Part shown: positions 50,985 to 64,000 of the stretch, piece by piece
Numbering within the stretch: the stretch's first letter is position 1
Layout: the number at the start of each line of letters is the position of its first letter
From: Eledone cirrhosa
Lineage: Eukaryota
Direction of reading: 5' to 3'
Assembly: GCA_964016885.1 (NCBI GenBank)
Contig: OZ024742.1
Location: forward strand, 246,140,001-246,204,000
DNA length: 64,000 nt
Notes under the pieces: generated by a model
The model's database searches: none
The model's input: the letters and a program-made list of their open reading frames with translations, nothing else
Told to the model about the DNA's origin: nothing
Program-made: the position numbers and the translations under genes

Positions 50985-51862
50985 ACAATGAAATGCAAAC
51001 AATGGGTACACAAGAAATGTAGCGGGATCTCAGGAAGCTTAATTAAGAATGTAGGCTTCACATGCAGCAGCTGTGCTGGGACAGCAAGCAGCAAACAGCC
51101 ACAGGAAACAAGTACCACCAATCTCTGGGAGGGCTCTGTAGAAACAGTAGACAGCTTCTGCTACCTAGGTGACCGAATTAGCAGTGGAGGTGGGTGTTCA
51201 GAAAGTACAATAACTAGGGTAAGAACGGGATGGAAGAAGTTTAGGGAACTACTACCACTGCTAGCTGCAAAAGGCTTCTCCCTCAGAATGAAAGGCAGAC
51301 TGTAAGAGGAATCAAATGCTGTGTGCAGGAGAGGCGGTTGCGTTGGTATGGATATGTGATGCGTATGAAGGATGACAGCTGCATAAAAAGGTGCAGAGCA
51401 CTAGAAGTCGATGGAAACCGCGGAGTGGGGAGACCCAAGATGACCTGGGATGAGGTGATAAAAGCCGACCTTACCCAATTACACCTCTCAAAGGCGTGAC
51501 ACATGACCGTGACTTCTGGCGTCATGCAGTAATACAGAGTACCCGACCTCCCATGGGTACAAGCTGAAGCATATAGACAATATGTCCCCACACCCCCCAC
51601 TGCAAGGTGGTCGTGGAGGTGCCACGGCAAAAAAGCACCCAGCCCACACTGTAAAGTGGACGTGTAGGCGCCACGGAAAAAGCACCCAGCACTCACTGTA
51701 AATGAGGTTGGTGTTAGGAAGGGCATCCAGCTGTAGAAATCAAGCCAAATCAGTTCCTGTATGAGCAAGGCATGGTCAGCCGACCAGACACTGCCCACAA
51801 CAGGACAACCCGTCTAACCCATGCTAGCGTGGAAGAATGGACGTAAAACGGTAATGATGATG
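50985..51862 (+). mobile_element. Older RTE copy with internal deletion, still carrying the PHD-like finger
   Basis: CKQWVHKKCSGI..CSSC, FCYLG and GRPKMTW; 3' UTR and GAT tail. Confidence 0.8.
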
Positions 51863-52760
51863 AATGATGAATGAAATAATGTTACAAAAATCTATAAATT
51901 TATGCATCAAAATAAAAATAATGGTTTCTGATTCAGGCACAAATTCACCGTAACACATTACTGGTATTTTATCGACCCTGTAAGGATAAAGCTAACCTCA
52001 GCGGGATCTGAACTCAGAATGTAATTCTCTTCTGTGAAGCATGTTATCCAATGCTCTTCTGATACTGCCAATCCACCACCCACATCAAAATAGAAACAAT
52101 AAAATTTATAACTTGAGAAATTTTCATGGGTTTAACTAGTTATTATTTTTATAATTGCAACTATGTTTAGGGTGGTGGCGGCTTGGCAGAGTTGTTAGAG
52201 CATTAAACAAGTTCTTGGCAGTATTTGTTCTGGCTCTTTAGGTTCTGAGTTCAAATTCTGCCACAATTTAACTTTGCTTTTCGTTCTTCCAAGGTTAATA
52301 CAATAAAGTACTAGTTAAGTACTATGATTGATATAATCAACTCCCCAACTTTCCAAATTTCTGGCCTAGTGCCAATGTTAGAAAGAGTTATTATTAGCCA
52401 TTATCATCCTGTAAGGATTTAACAGAAAAATGTCTACAAGCAGGTTTGTCAATTCAAATGTTTATAAGTGTCTTTACTAGTAGACAGATCATTGTGAAAA
52501 TTTGCAGTAAATAAAGTAAAAATTTTGCAATTTTGAATGTGATGCAATATTCGTGCTGTTTCGTATACATCAAGAATATCTTACTACTGCGGTTTCATGT
52601 GGTACAGGACATTAAGAGTTAATAATAGTTTAGACAACAAGAAAAAAAATCATTTTAAAATTCTAATATATGAATAAATTAATCACTCAAATACATCAAC
52701 TATTTAAAAAAATAATTAATCAATTTAAAAACAACAGAGGAAATACAAAGTAATACTTAC

Positions 52761-52956
52761 ATAATGGATTTCAAAGAATGAAAGAAAGTCTTTGAGGGAA
52801 TTAATGATAATACTCCTGAGCTGGGCAGACATCAAAGATTCAACAGTAGAGAAAAATTTCTGCACCATTTCTAATGAGTCTATGTTATTCTGAGGTACTA
52901 GATGGTACCAGAGCTCCTTATGGTTTAGAAATACTTGTGCACAGGTCGGTAACCAC
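52761..52956 (-). CDS. DNAH3: DNAH3-like exon (WLPTCAQVF...FFEIHY)
   Basis: tttcag acceptor, gtaagt donor, 196 nt, phase 2 to 0. Confidence 0.9.
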
Positions 52957-53569
52957 CTGAAATGTAATTGGAAACAATGAGAAATGGACAAAAAGATAGG
53001 TTCATTTGATGTATGGTCTGGATTTATCTAGGATATTCCATTTAACCAAGTATGTTATCCCTGTCTATCAGTTCCAATACTTGGTGGGTAACAAGACCCC
53101 CGCCCTCTATTAATATCTTAGTTTTTTGTTAGGCTTATGATAAGGTTTATAAGTACCTGTAGTTAAATCTAAGTTAATGTCTAGGAAAATGGAATCAGTA
53201 AGATTAGAGTTTACAGTCATTTTAAGCCTTAGGTTAATCGATTTAGTTACTAATTTTAGGATGACATCAGTTGTTTTTGGGAGATGGCAAATAATGTCAT
53301 GTAAAATGTAATTTCAAAATGGTGGTTCTGAATTAAAGGATTCTATTCCTAAGAAAAGCAGTTATCTCAAATTTTGATTTTCTTTTATTCTTCTATGCCT
53401 TCTCATTCTATCGTGTTCTACGTATAATGTTTAGTTTTGGTTTGTGTTTCTTCGATGCCAACTTCTTTTTCCATCTTTAATGGTCTTTGCCATATTGTAT
53501 AAAGTATTATTGTATCTTAGCACATGAGCACACCATTCTTTATATTTTCTTTATTTAAACAGAATTGGA

Positions 53570-54160
53570 CTGAGGTGTTCCTGATACATTGACATCAAGG
53601 GAACGTTTGATATTTGTTTGTTGAACATAGATCCAGATGTTCACTAACAGGCATTTGTCTGATACAGGAGTCCTGTGTCTGTTGACGGGACAGTCATTCT
53701 GTTCTTCAGGGTTAATTCAGCTTGTCATATATAGCCTTCTTTGCACCCATTGCATTTATTAACATAAATTAAATTCTTTGATGCACAAGTAAAATCATTC
53801 TTTATGGTAAATTTATGTCCTGATTTAAATTCATATGATGATCTCTCAATGCAGATTCTGCAATTTGGAGGAGGGTCACAGGCTATGACAGTTGAGGGTT
53901 ACATTTTTGATAGGTAATTTGGTGCTGGCAAGTAATTTTTAAATATTTTGGTTATCTTTTACTTTTAATTATTTTGTATTTTTTGAGAACCTTATTTATT
54001 CTTGGGTCTTTCTTCAATAATAGAATATTCTGATGGATGATGTTGAATGCGTCTGCATTTTTGGGGTTGCATATTCACATATAATGTAAAGTATTGAGGG
54101 TATCAGGAGTGTTTCTTGTTTTTCATATTTATTGAAGATCTATCATTTGTTCATGTTCTA
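53570..54160 (-). mobile_element. Degenerate Penelope-type GIY-YIG fragment (different PLE lineage)
   Basis: Minus-strand translation gives FTCASKNLIY..CNGCKEGYI..RMTV..PVSEHLDLC with stops and frameshifts. Confidence 0.65.
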
Positions 54161-54394
54161 TTCCAGTACTAATTAATTGTTTCTACTTTAAGCACAAGGC
54201 CAGCAATTACCCAGTGCATTACTGGTACTTTATTTTATCGACCCCGTAAGGATGAAAGGCAAAGTCAACCTCGGCGGGATTTGAACTCAGATCGTAAAGT
54301 ACTAATTAATGTTATTTGTTTAATGTTGTAAAACTGAAACTATTCCTAGATTAGTGCTCATGTTGATTTTGATAATGATAGTACTGCAGTTCCA

Positions 54395-55560
54395 TCATCA
54401 TCGTTTTTACATCTGTTTTCCCATGGCATTTCTCCACATGTTGCTATCCTTTGTCATAGCTTCTGTGAGTCTCAGTAGTTTGAGGTCAACACTCACAACC
54501 TATGCCTAGGGCTTTCTTGGTCTACCTCTACTGCAGCTTCCTTCTCCTGGCATTTCCTGGCACTTCTCCACCCAACAATCATTGTCCATGTGCATCACAT
54601 ATCCAAACCAATGCAGTCTTCTCTCCTGTATACTAAGTTAACTCAGGCCTCTTGATTCTAAATTCTGTTTCCATAGTCAGAACTTATTTTTTAGGTCTTT
54701 AATGGATTCGGCTATAAGGACCAGATCATCTACATAGAGAAGTTCCCATGAGAAATTCCTCTGTTATAGCCTGGAGGACTATAATGAATAATAGTGGGCT
54801 CAGAACTGAACCTTGATGAACTCCTACTTGTACTTTGAATTCCTTACTAAATTCATTTCCTACTCTCACTTTGCTGACAGCTCCTCTGTACATGGCTTGC
54901 ACTGCTCTCACCAACCATTTTTCTACACCCAATTTCTTTAAGGACCACCAGATAATAGATCAGGATATTCTGTCAAATGCTTTTTCTTGGTCAATGAAAG
55001 TTAGGTAAAGTGGCTTATTTTTGTCTAAGAACTTCTCTTATAGTTGCCTCACTAAAAAGAGGGCATCTGTAGTACTTTTCCTAGGCATGAAACCAAACTG
55101 CATTTCATTTAATTTGACTCTTTCTCTAATTAGTTGCGCTATAACTCTTTCTATCACTTTCATACCTTGGTCCATTAGTTTTATTGCTTTATAGTTGCTG
55201 TTCTCTAGGACACCACTTTTGCCCTTGTAGAATTTGATGATCGTAGAGCTGTGTCAGTCATTGGGTATAACACCGTCCTGTATTACCTGATTGACTATGT
55301 GGGTTACTAGTTTGACTCCGACTTCTGATGCTTTTAGTATCTCAGCAGCTATCTCTGATGCTTTACCATTTTTCATTTTTTTGATTGTTTCTTTAAACCT
55401 ATAACTTCTGTTGGGTAAGTTGTGGGTAGTTTCTCTTCCTCCCATTCATTTTCTACATTCATCAGTCTCTCATAGTAACAGTTCCAGGCCACTTTATTTT
55501 GAGCAAACATTGATGTTGTTTCTAACACACTTTTCCCCAACAACATCATGATTCACACTG
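54395..55560 (-). mobile_element. Degenerate RTE RT fragment
   Basis: GVHQGSVLSPLLFIIVLQAITEEF; IAAEILKA; many stops and deletions. Confidence 0.8.
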
Positions 55561-57256
55561 TCAGTAGTCTTGCTGAGGCACGCCTCCATCTCACCTCTTG
55601 CACACAGCAAATGTCTACTCTCCTCTGCCTTTCAGAGTGCCAACATGGAAGGTGTCAGTCCTGACTTTTGTACCTTGTCAGTTGCTATTTCTTAGGTAGA
55701 AGTTTTATGTATCTGAAAGGGAAAAGAGCTGTGCGATTGCTTGATGATGGTTGAGGGGTTCTCGCACATGGTTACTCTAGCCACTCCACTATCGTGTGCA
55801 GCACTAACATGACTACTGTTAACCCTATATACGCAATTTGTGGGAGTTATGTTTGTTATACAGTTCCTATTTTGGTAGGGTTTTTCTGGCTAGACGCCCT
55901 TCCTATCACCAACCACCTTACAGTGTGGACTGGGTGCATTATTTGTGCTACCAGCACTAGATAGATTGTCTTACTGGACTCAAGAGTCTTCTCCATCCTG
56001 TGTTAGTTTGTATTTGTAGTGTCTGCTCTCCTAGATGCATTGCCTTCATTACAGCTTATGTGGCCCCTGTCTATCCCGTGCAGTAATTTTTAATTGGAAT
56101 TACTGTTCTCCTAGACGGGTTTCCTTCACTATAACTAATGGAGCCCACATCTACCCCATCTAATCTCATAGAATTTCTAATCTTAAGGTTAATCCTGTCG
56201 AGTGTATGCTTATTTACTAGACCCAATTTACACTTGGTTTTAGACAAAATTATCCTTATGATCTTCAAGAAGAATGAAAGGTTTCTACAAGGGTTTTTAA
56301 TTCTGTGTTTATGGTGGTGTAGGCGTTGAGGCTAATGTTTTGTATGTTTTGCTAATCTCTGATGGAAATTTAGAATATGTGGCGCTATCTAATTTGTATA
56401 TACATTTTTTTGTTTTGTCTGACTTCTTAACAAATCATTGTCTTCATTGTACTTGCCGCATTATTGACAAGAGAATCACACAAATATGGGTATAATTTAT
56501 ACAAATCCATAGATAGGTTGTGTGTATCTGGTTTAGAATAGGCACACTATATTGCTGAATGTCATAAGAAGTGACTAAAAGGGTTAATGTCAAGAAGGGC
56601 ATCTGGATGTAAAATATTGTCTTCAAAATTCCTGTCTAACCCATGCCAGAAGTGAAAAGTCACTATAAAAATGATGATGATGGTGATGATAGTCAGGATA
56701 CATTCATTAGTTGTTTTTTTTTGTCTTAATCCATAATAGAAATTTTACCCAGATGTGTTTTATCATTGGATTAAACACAGAAACTTCTAGCTGTTTTACA
56801 GCTTCCATTCTTTCCTATTTTCCTTTTCTTTTGTGTTTTCTTATGAATAATCTGCCTCCCACTAGCCTTCAATATTTAAAATGTTTCTTTTACTTTCCTT
56901 TTTTTCTTCTTTTTTTCCTTTTTTAATTAATTTATTTATTTAATTACATATCTCACTAGCTCTTTTTGATGACCAACTGTAAAGAGTAATCAATACTTCC
57001 CCAAGTCTGTCATGGTTTAAATTGATTAAATAAATAAATAAATAATTGTTTCTACTTTTGGCACAAGGCCAGCAATTACCCCAGTGCATTAGTGGTACTT
57101 TGTTTTATCAGATCTCAGACAATAAAGGGACGTAACTCTATGCTGCAAAGCATGGCATCCGACCCTCTACCAATACTGCCAATCCACCACCCATATTATA
57201 TATATAAATAGATAATAAAATGACAATGAGTCATATACATAAAAAAACAAACTTAC

Positions 57257-57382
57257 AGGCTTTTAAGTTTAGTTCGGCATTTTAAGCACTGATTTTTAAT
57301 GACATTCTGAAAGTCTTCTGGTAATAAAGGAAACTCCATATTCATCAATTCTTCAAGGTCGACAAATCTCAAATCCTCGTAT
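57257..57382 (-). CDS. DNAH3: DNAH3-like exon (YEDLRFVDLEELMNMEFPLLPEDFQNVIKNQCLKCRTKLKS), not in ORF track
   Basis: ttggtag acceptor, gtaagt donor, 126 nt; phase 2/2 joins both neighbours in frame. Confidence 0.88.
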
Positions 57383-57769
57383 CTACCAAATAGATAAGCA
57401 AGTTCAAGATAAATGATACGAAAAGTTAAAATATAAATATTTTCTAAAATCCGAGCAGCTTTTAACCAACGCCATCATCATCATCATTACTACTACCAAC
57501 ATTTAACATCACCAGGAACCTCTATGAAATCACTCAACCTGACCAAATTCCTTTGCATTGGGTCTAGGAACAATTGCCAAAAATATATTGGTTGTAACCC
57601 TTCAGGCCTAAAGAAAAATTACTCAAAAGACTTATTAATAGAATTACCAATTCATAGAAAAACAATATTCATAAAAAAAGTACTTGGTTGAAAAGCAAAT
57701 TGATTGAAAACACATTCAAAGAAGAGCTGGAATCATCATCATTGTTTAACATCTGCTTTCTCTGTTAGC

Positions 57770-58395
57770 AAGGGTTGAATGGATCTACATAGATGAAGTC
57801 AATAAGGAAGTGGTGCTATTGACCTCCCAGACAGGTCAAGGGGTTTGCATTTCATTTATATATGGTCATATGTTCTATCGAAGTTGTTATGTCTTTTGTC
57901 ATAAACTGAAGGGGCCTCCCAACCCCTTGTTTGGCAAGCTTTGAAATATTTGTTGAAATTTGAATAATTTTCAAAGAAACAGATAAAAAAATTATTCAAA
58001 TATAAGGAGTTATTTAACCCCCTAAATATAAATATAAGTAATTAACATCCTTAAGAAATATATACTGGTCACAAGGGTTAGACAGGTCTACAAAGACCAA
58101 GTCAATATTGAAATGGGGCTACAAACCTCCCAGACAGGTCAAGGGGTCTGCATCTCACTTATGTATAGTCATACATTCAATCAAGTGCAGAGAAGTTGTC
58201 ACGTCTTTTGTCATAAACTGAAGGATCCTCCCAACCCCTTGTTTGGCAAGCTTTGAAATATTTGTTGAAATTTGAATAATTTTCAAAGAAACAGATAAAA
58301 AAATTATTCAAAAATAAGGAGTTATTTAACCAAAAAAATATAAATATGCACGTCACAAAATCATTAATGTCCTTCAGAAATATATGCTGGTCACA
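57770..58395. repeat. Tandem duplication of ~305-320 bp
   Basis: 57770-58073 and 58074-58395 share cctcccagacaggtcaagggg and ccttgtttggcaagctttgaaatatttgttgaaatttg blocks. Confidence 0.82.
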
Positions 58396-59878
58396 ATTAA
58401 TTGAAGTTGACTGCTTACCCTTTTTCATACTAACCCACATCAGGTTCTATGAAACAAAACAACTCATTTTAAAGGGTTTCTATTTATATCAAAACCTTCC
58501 AGCATAATCTTATATAAGGAAAATTTATTTATTTATGTTAGAAATAATGAAATACTGAATAATTTTAGTAAATTCTTCCAAATATTTCATTAATTAATCG
58601 AAATACAATATATGTCAGAAGAGATACAATAACAAAATTATTAAATATTAGTCAAGTTCTAGTATCAATATAGGTGGTGAATTGGCAGAGTCATTAGAAC
58701 AATGGATAAAATGCTTCACAGTATTTGTTCCAGCTCTTTGAGTTCAAATCCCGCCCATGTCAATTTTACCTTTCATCCTTTCGATGTCAATGAAAAAAAA
58801 AGAACCAATCCAGTGCTGTTGTCAATTCTTCCTCTATATCTCTTTTTCACTTCTTCCCTCTCTCTCAATCTTTCTCTGGAAGAAATCTGTTGTAGTCAGA
58901 GCTAGAGAGGTGAAGGTGACACAACAAAAAGCAGCCAGGCCACACTGTAAAGTGGTTGTGTAGGAGACGGTAAAAAAGGTTCCCAGTGCACACTGTAAAT
59001 GTGGTTGGCGCTAGGAAGGGCATCCAGCCATAGAAAACCTGCCAGAAACAGTTCTGTACGAGCAAGACACAGTTGCCTGACCAATCTTGCCTCAAGTGGG
59101 ACAAATCCGTCTAACCCATGCTAGCGTGGAAGATGGACGTTAAATGATGATGATGATGGGTGGTGGGGGAAATGAACTTGTATAGATCAAACAAAATTAT
59201 CTGGGGCATTGTGTTATTCATCATTAGCTTCTGTAATCAAAACTTGCTATGGTCATCTTTGCTTGTAATTCTTTATAGCTCTATAAAATAAATACCAGTA
59301 AAATTATTAGATAGACCTATTTAACTTAAACTCAACACATACAGTTTATTGGAGAGTGTTTTCTTAAAAGTTAATCTTTCTGCTATTTCCAGTAAAGAAG
59401 TTAGAATCTTAAAATGTTTATAAATATTCTATCTTCTTTGCTGGCAATAGTTGAATGGTAAATGTAATGAAAAAAAAAACAAACATATACTTCAAAAAAG
59501 CAGTCTCAAAATATTTACGTTTATATTTAATTATAAAAAAAAACACAGATAAATTGAAAATAAACTTAAAGTATATTTCATTCAAAAAAATAATTTGTGT
59601 TCTAATCATTTTATAATTACAATAAGTTGTTTTAAAAAAATTAAGTTCTAATATATTTCTATGTTTTTCTATGAATATGCCTTCAAAGAAAAATCTTTTT
59701 TTTTACTGTGTCTTTTGATGCATTTAATCAATTTATCTTTCAACTTATTTGTTTATCTACAATTGTCTTTGAACTAATTTGCCTTTCAGCCAATATGCTT
59801 TTGACCAATGTGTCTTTGATTATTTTGTTTTCACTGAATGTGCTGCATCCCATTCAAATCCTACTTGAATGTCTTTAA

Positions 59879-60079
59879 CCCTTTAGCATATCCAGTCAGA
59901 ATTCTCTCACCTCTTTCTGTTCAAACCGGCCATAACCGGCCACTCATACAACATCATGTTCTCAAAATAAATAATAACATCATTAAAATCTTGTAGATTC
60001 CATATTATGTGATATATTTATGTGAGATAAAGCCTTTACTATGAAAATATAATAGTAGAGTAATGTAAATGCTAAAGGG
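59879..60079. mobile_element. piggyBac-like MITE
   Basis: TTAA|CCCTTTAGCAT ... ATGCTAAAGGG|TTAA: TIR with TTAA target duplication. Confidence 0.72.
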
Positions 60080-60952
60080 TTAAAAAGGAAAGATGGATTA
60101 GACATTGTCTTAAATATATAAAAGAACAAGTTTACCAAATTCTAACAGTACCAGCTGCAATACCAAGAGCAGACGACCAATACCAGTCATGTGTCATCAC
60201 TAAAATGATGTAAAAACTACAGAATTGTTCAATCTGTTAAAAATAACAGCTAAATCACTCCAAATTGTCTTTAAAAAATGAAATAGACAGTTGCATATTG
60301 CAGTCCTAGATGGAGGAATGTCCGAAAAGAATGGCTATAGCAAGAATGTTTTTGGCAACAGATCTGCTAAATCAGGGTTGATTTTGGTTGACCTATTCAT
60401 TACCATATTTCTAATAAAAGACAATGCCTAGAGCTTTCAAATAGTTTTGCAAATAATCACGAATCTGGAAAGATTTAGTTATATAACTAACTTCTTATTA
60501 AGATGGTGTTTGGAACAGAGCTTAACAAATGTTCTTATGTAAAATTATGATAAAAGGTTTTGATTTAAATATGAAAGGATGGATAATAGCAAGGAAGATA
60601 GACGTTAAACGATGATAATGATGATGATGAGGATAAACTGAAAGAGAGAGAGAGAGAGAGAGGATGGATGTAAGAGGAATCAGATGTAGTGTACAGGAGA
60701 GAAGACTGCAATGGTATGACCATCTGATGCATATAGACGAAGATTGTTGGATGAAGTAGTTCCAAGAAATCACAGTGGAAAGGAGCTGTAGTAGAGAAAG
60801 ACCAAGGAAGACCTGGGCAGAGGTTGTCAGAGCTGATCTCAAATCACTGAATCTCACAGCCAAGTTGGTGAAGGGCCGTGATGATTAGTAGGATGCTTTA
60901 CTGGAAAGGACCTGTCCAACCCATGCAAGCATGGAAAAAATGGACATAAAAT

Positions 60953-61110
60953 GAAGATGATGATGATGATGATTGATTAATGATGATGATAATGGTGAAT
61001 GATGATGGTGATGAATGATGATGATAATGGTGAATGATGATGAATGGTGGTGGTAGTGGTGGTGGTGATGATGATGATGATGGTGGTGGTGGTGATGATG
61101 ATAATGATGA
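60953..61110. repeat. (GAT)n/(GGT)n trinucleotide array grown from an RTE tail
   Basis: Follows the RTE 3'-end motif acccatgcaagcatggaa. Confidence 0.85.
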
Positions 61111-61240
61111 ACACATTTAAACAAGTAACCTACTACCATAAAAATCAATGGAGGCTTTATACTGGTTGGTATGAGAAAAAAAATGGTTGAACAACAACAG
61201 CTAGATAAGAAGAATCAGTAAAGAAAAATAAGTACTTAAC

Positions 61241-61360
61241 TCTTTGCACCATATACTCTGTAGCTCCAACATCACAGGATTAATGGCAAATAGAGAGACA
61301 AGATTGAAGTGTTTCAGTTCACGATAAGAATCATGCCATGGTATAGGCGCTCTGATAACT
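61241..61360 (-). CDS. DNAH3: Axonemal dynein heavy chain (DNAH3-like), first exon seen in window (VIRAPIPWHDSY...WCKE)
   Basis: tttatgacag acceptor; gttaag donor; phase 2 at both ends. The peptide resembles the VIRAPVPWH segment I recall from vertebrate DNAH3 (recalled, not searched). Confidence 0.85.
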
Positions 61361-61484
61361 CTGTCATAAATATATATTGGTATATAGTTATACATTATTT
61401 GTTTAATTACATATATACATATATAGTTATGTACATCAAGTGATGTATGTAAGTGTGTTCTTCTGGTTTAATTATTTTATAAAT

Positions 61485-61800
61485 TGGTGGTGAATTGGCA
61501 GTATCGGTAGAGGGTCGGATGCCATGCTTTCTAGCATAGAGTTACGTCCCTTTACGGTCTGAGTTCAAGTCCCGCCGAGGTTAACTTTGCCTTTCATCCT
61601 TACGGGGTCGATTAAATAAAGTACCAGTAATGTACTGGGTATTTGCTGGCCTTGTGCCAAAAGTAGAAACAATTATTTTATAAATTTTCTATTCCTTAAG
61701 GAGTCAATAAATAAAGCACCAGTAATGCACTGGGGTCCATTTAATCGATTTTCCCCTCTCCCAAAATTGCTGGCCTTGTGCCTAAAGTAGAAACAATTAT
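61485..61800 (+). mobile_element. SINE copy plus partial 3' duplicate
   Basis: A/B boxes and core domain; repeated 3' end. Confidence 0.8.
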
Positions 61801-62384
61801 TTTATAAATTTTCACCAATAGATAGAGAGAGCTAGTTTCTAACATAGGCATAAGACTCTTTCATTGGAATTTAGTCAATATCAACTAGGTAAATATGTAT
61901 GTCTATGTGTGTACAGGTAGGGATATTATTGTATTTGTTGATCTCCATGTTTTGAGTTATATGTGTTACACATGCATATGTTTCTGTATGTATGTGTGTG
62001 CATATGTGTTAAGTCCTTGTGGATAAACGAATACACTGCTGCAACAGTGCAATAATAATATAATCGAAATAAATGACAATAACCACACATAACGGAACAA
62101 CAATCTTTTAAGAACCAACAATCCAACACGCTAATTCGAACTGTGAACTTGAACTCCAACTTTGACTATCAACACACGAACTGTGGAACTAGTACCAATG
62201 ACTCTCAACACACGAACTGTGGAACTAGTACCAACTCTCCCACTTACTCAGGCCGCTACAATTTATATGTAGTGGTCCAGCCCATTCTTGCCTGGAGATG
62301 GGGAGAGACGGGGGCGTCGTGCTCTTGCACAACAATATGTGTGTCTAACATATGTTTGTACATCCAAACGTATGTATGAGGAGT

Positions 62385-62560
62385 CTATATGAAAGCATAT
62401 ACTACATATTTATATTCAATAAACGTATGGGGTTGCTACTGACATATTTGTGGCCTGTTCACAGAGGAAAATAAATTTTTAATAACGAAAACATTTTTTT
62501 TATAGTGAGGCTCCTATATGTTTATTGTATATAAACATATAGTATATGCTTCCATATACA
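62385..62560. repeat. Imperfect ~50-bp inverted repeat (probable MITE)
   Basis: tatatgaaagcatatacta..aataaac versus gtttatt..tagtatatgcttccatata. Confidence 0.55.
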
Positions 62561-62604
62561 TCTCTACTGTGCTTAACACTGTCTTATATATATTATATAT
62601 ACGG

Positions 62605-62925
62605 ACTGAGTTCAAATCCCGCCGAGGTTAACTTTGCCTTTCATCCTTACGGGGTCGATAAAATAAAGTACCAGTAATGTACTGGATAATTGCTGGCCTT
62701 GTGCCATAAGTAGAAACAATTATATATACATAAATGGTGGTGGATTGGCAGTATCGCTAGAGGGTCGGACGCCATGCTTTGACGCATAGAGTTACGGCCC
62801 TTTCCATTCTGAGTTCAAATCTCGCCAAGGGTAACTTTGTCTTTCATCCTTACAGGGTCGATAAAATAAAGTACCAGTAATGTACTGGGTAATTGCTGGC
62901 CTTGTGCCAAAAATAGAAACAATTA
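62605..62925 (+). mobile_element. One truncated and one full SINE copy in tandem
   Basis: A/B boxes and core domain. Confidence 0.8.
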
Positions 62926-64000
62926 TATACATAAATGAGGTTGACATTAGGAAGGGCATCTATTGCCAATTATATATACATGTATTTGTTACAAATAGTG
63001 GAAGGTTATTCTGAAGTAAACAGTTACTATAAATAACAAATATATTGAATCTATGTGCAATATTCAAGTCTTTCATCCAGTGCATACTTAGAGAGTTTAT
63101 TACACAAAACTATAAACCAAGCATGTGCATGACTATTAATAATAGAGGTGTATATAAAGGCATCATCCTCATCATCATCACTGTTTAACGTCTGTTTCTC
63201 CATGCTAGCATGGGTTAGAGTTAGATGAGTTGTCCTGTTGTGAGACAAGTCAGGTCAGGTGTCCATGTCTTGCTCATACAGAACTGTTTCTGGCTTAGTT
63301 TCTATGGCTGGATTCCTTGCCTAATTCCAACAACACTTACAGTTTGGACTGGGTGCTTTTTTATCATGGCACCAAAATGAGCAACTGACAGGTTGGACTG
63401 GGTGCTTTTTGTTGTCACCAAAATGACCACTTTACAGGGTGGATTGGGTGTACTTTGTTGCGTAATTGCTTACAATATAATTATGTTTCATAAGCATAAG
63501 TCTTGTTATGAATGATGTCACAGCTATCTCAGCCGTCAGGATTTTTTAATCCATCATCAGTGACAATTACTCACTCAGTACTGAGACAAGAATAAGCTAT
63601 AGCTTATATACGTTTGAGTATGAAACATCTGCTGGAGAAGTTCATTTTCATATAGTGCATGCTTGATTTGGCTGGGATTAATTAGTGATAGCACTAACAA
63701 AGAGTGATTCATAATAGAGGTTTATATGATGGCATATGCAACATGTTTATATACAATAAAAATATGTAAATCTCACCATGAAGTTTTTAAACAGTGATCT
63801 TACTAGTGTTTGGCATTCTCACACAGTTACTGGGTTAGTTGACCTGTCAGAAAGAGCAGCTAAATTTCCCTCAAATCATACCCTACCATTTAAGTCAAAA
63901 GGGAAGAACACATTGGATAGTCTAGTTATATATATGCTATGTCTGAAGAATAGATGCAACCGTTATGGCTGGAATACTTTATATTTTACTTGCTTAGAAC

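Noticed and set aside
53220-53280. Possible hammerheads at 53220-53280 (minus, CTGATGT..TAAA), ~41800-41840 (minus) and ~19195-19225
   Set aside because: Core nucleotides or stems are broken; at best decayed PLE remnants.

Overview
Eukaryotic, AT-rich and repeat-dense DNA. The SINE/LINE repertoire suggests a cephalopod (octopus-like), which is inferred, not proven. The window lies inside one large minus-strand gene: 14 GT-AG exons (2,242 nt, 1 nt plus 747 codons, all intron phases compatible) encode the tail-to-linker (DHC_N2) region of an axonemal inner-arm dynein heavy chain that best resembles DNAH3. Five of these exons are absent from the supplied ORF track. The introns hold: many copies of one RTE-clade LINE with a C4HC3 PHD-like finger inside its RT region, whose young copies sit in (TA)n-derived arrays; Penelope-like element (PLE) remnants with inverted pseudo-LTRs; tRNA-derived SINEs; CR1, R4/Dong-type and Gypsy fragments; MITEs and minisatellites. 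The least obvious signal is a cluster of hammerhead ribozyme motifs (six intact cores, two decayed) inside the 17-kb intron. Three intact ones are sense to the dynein pre-mRNA, and they show stem covariation and palindromic stem III. The long YI/IY-rich ORFs are microsatellite artefacts.
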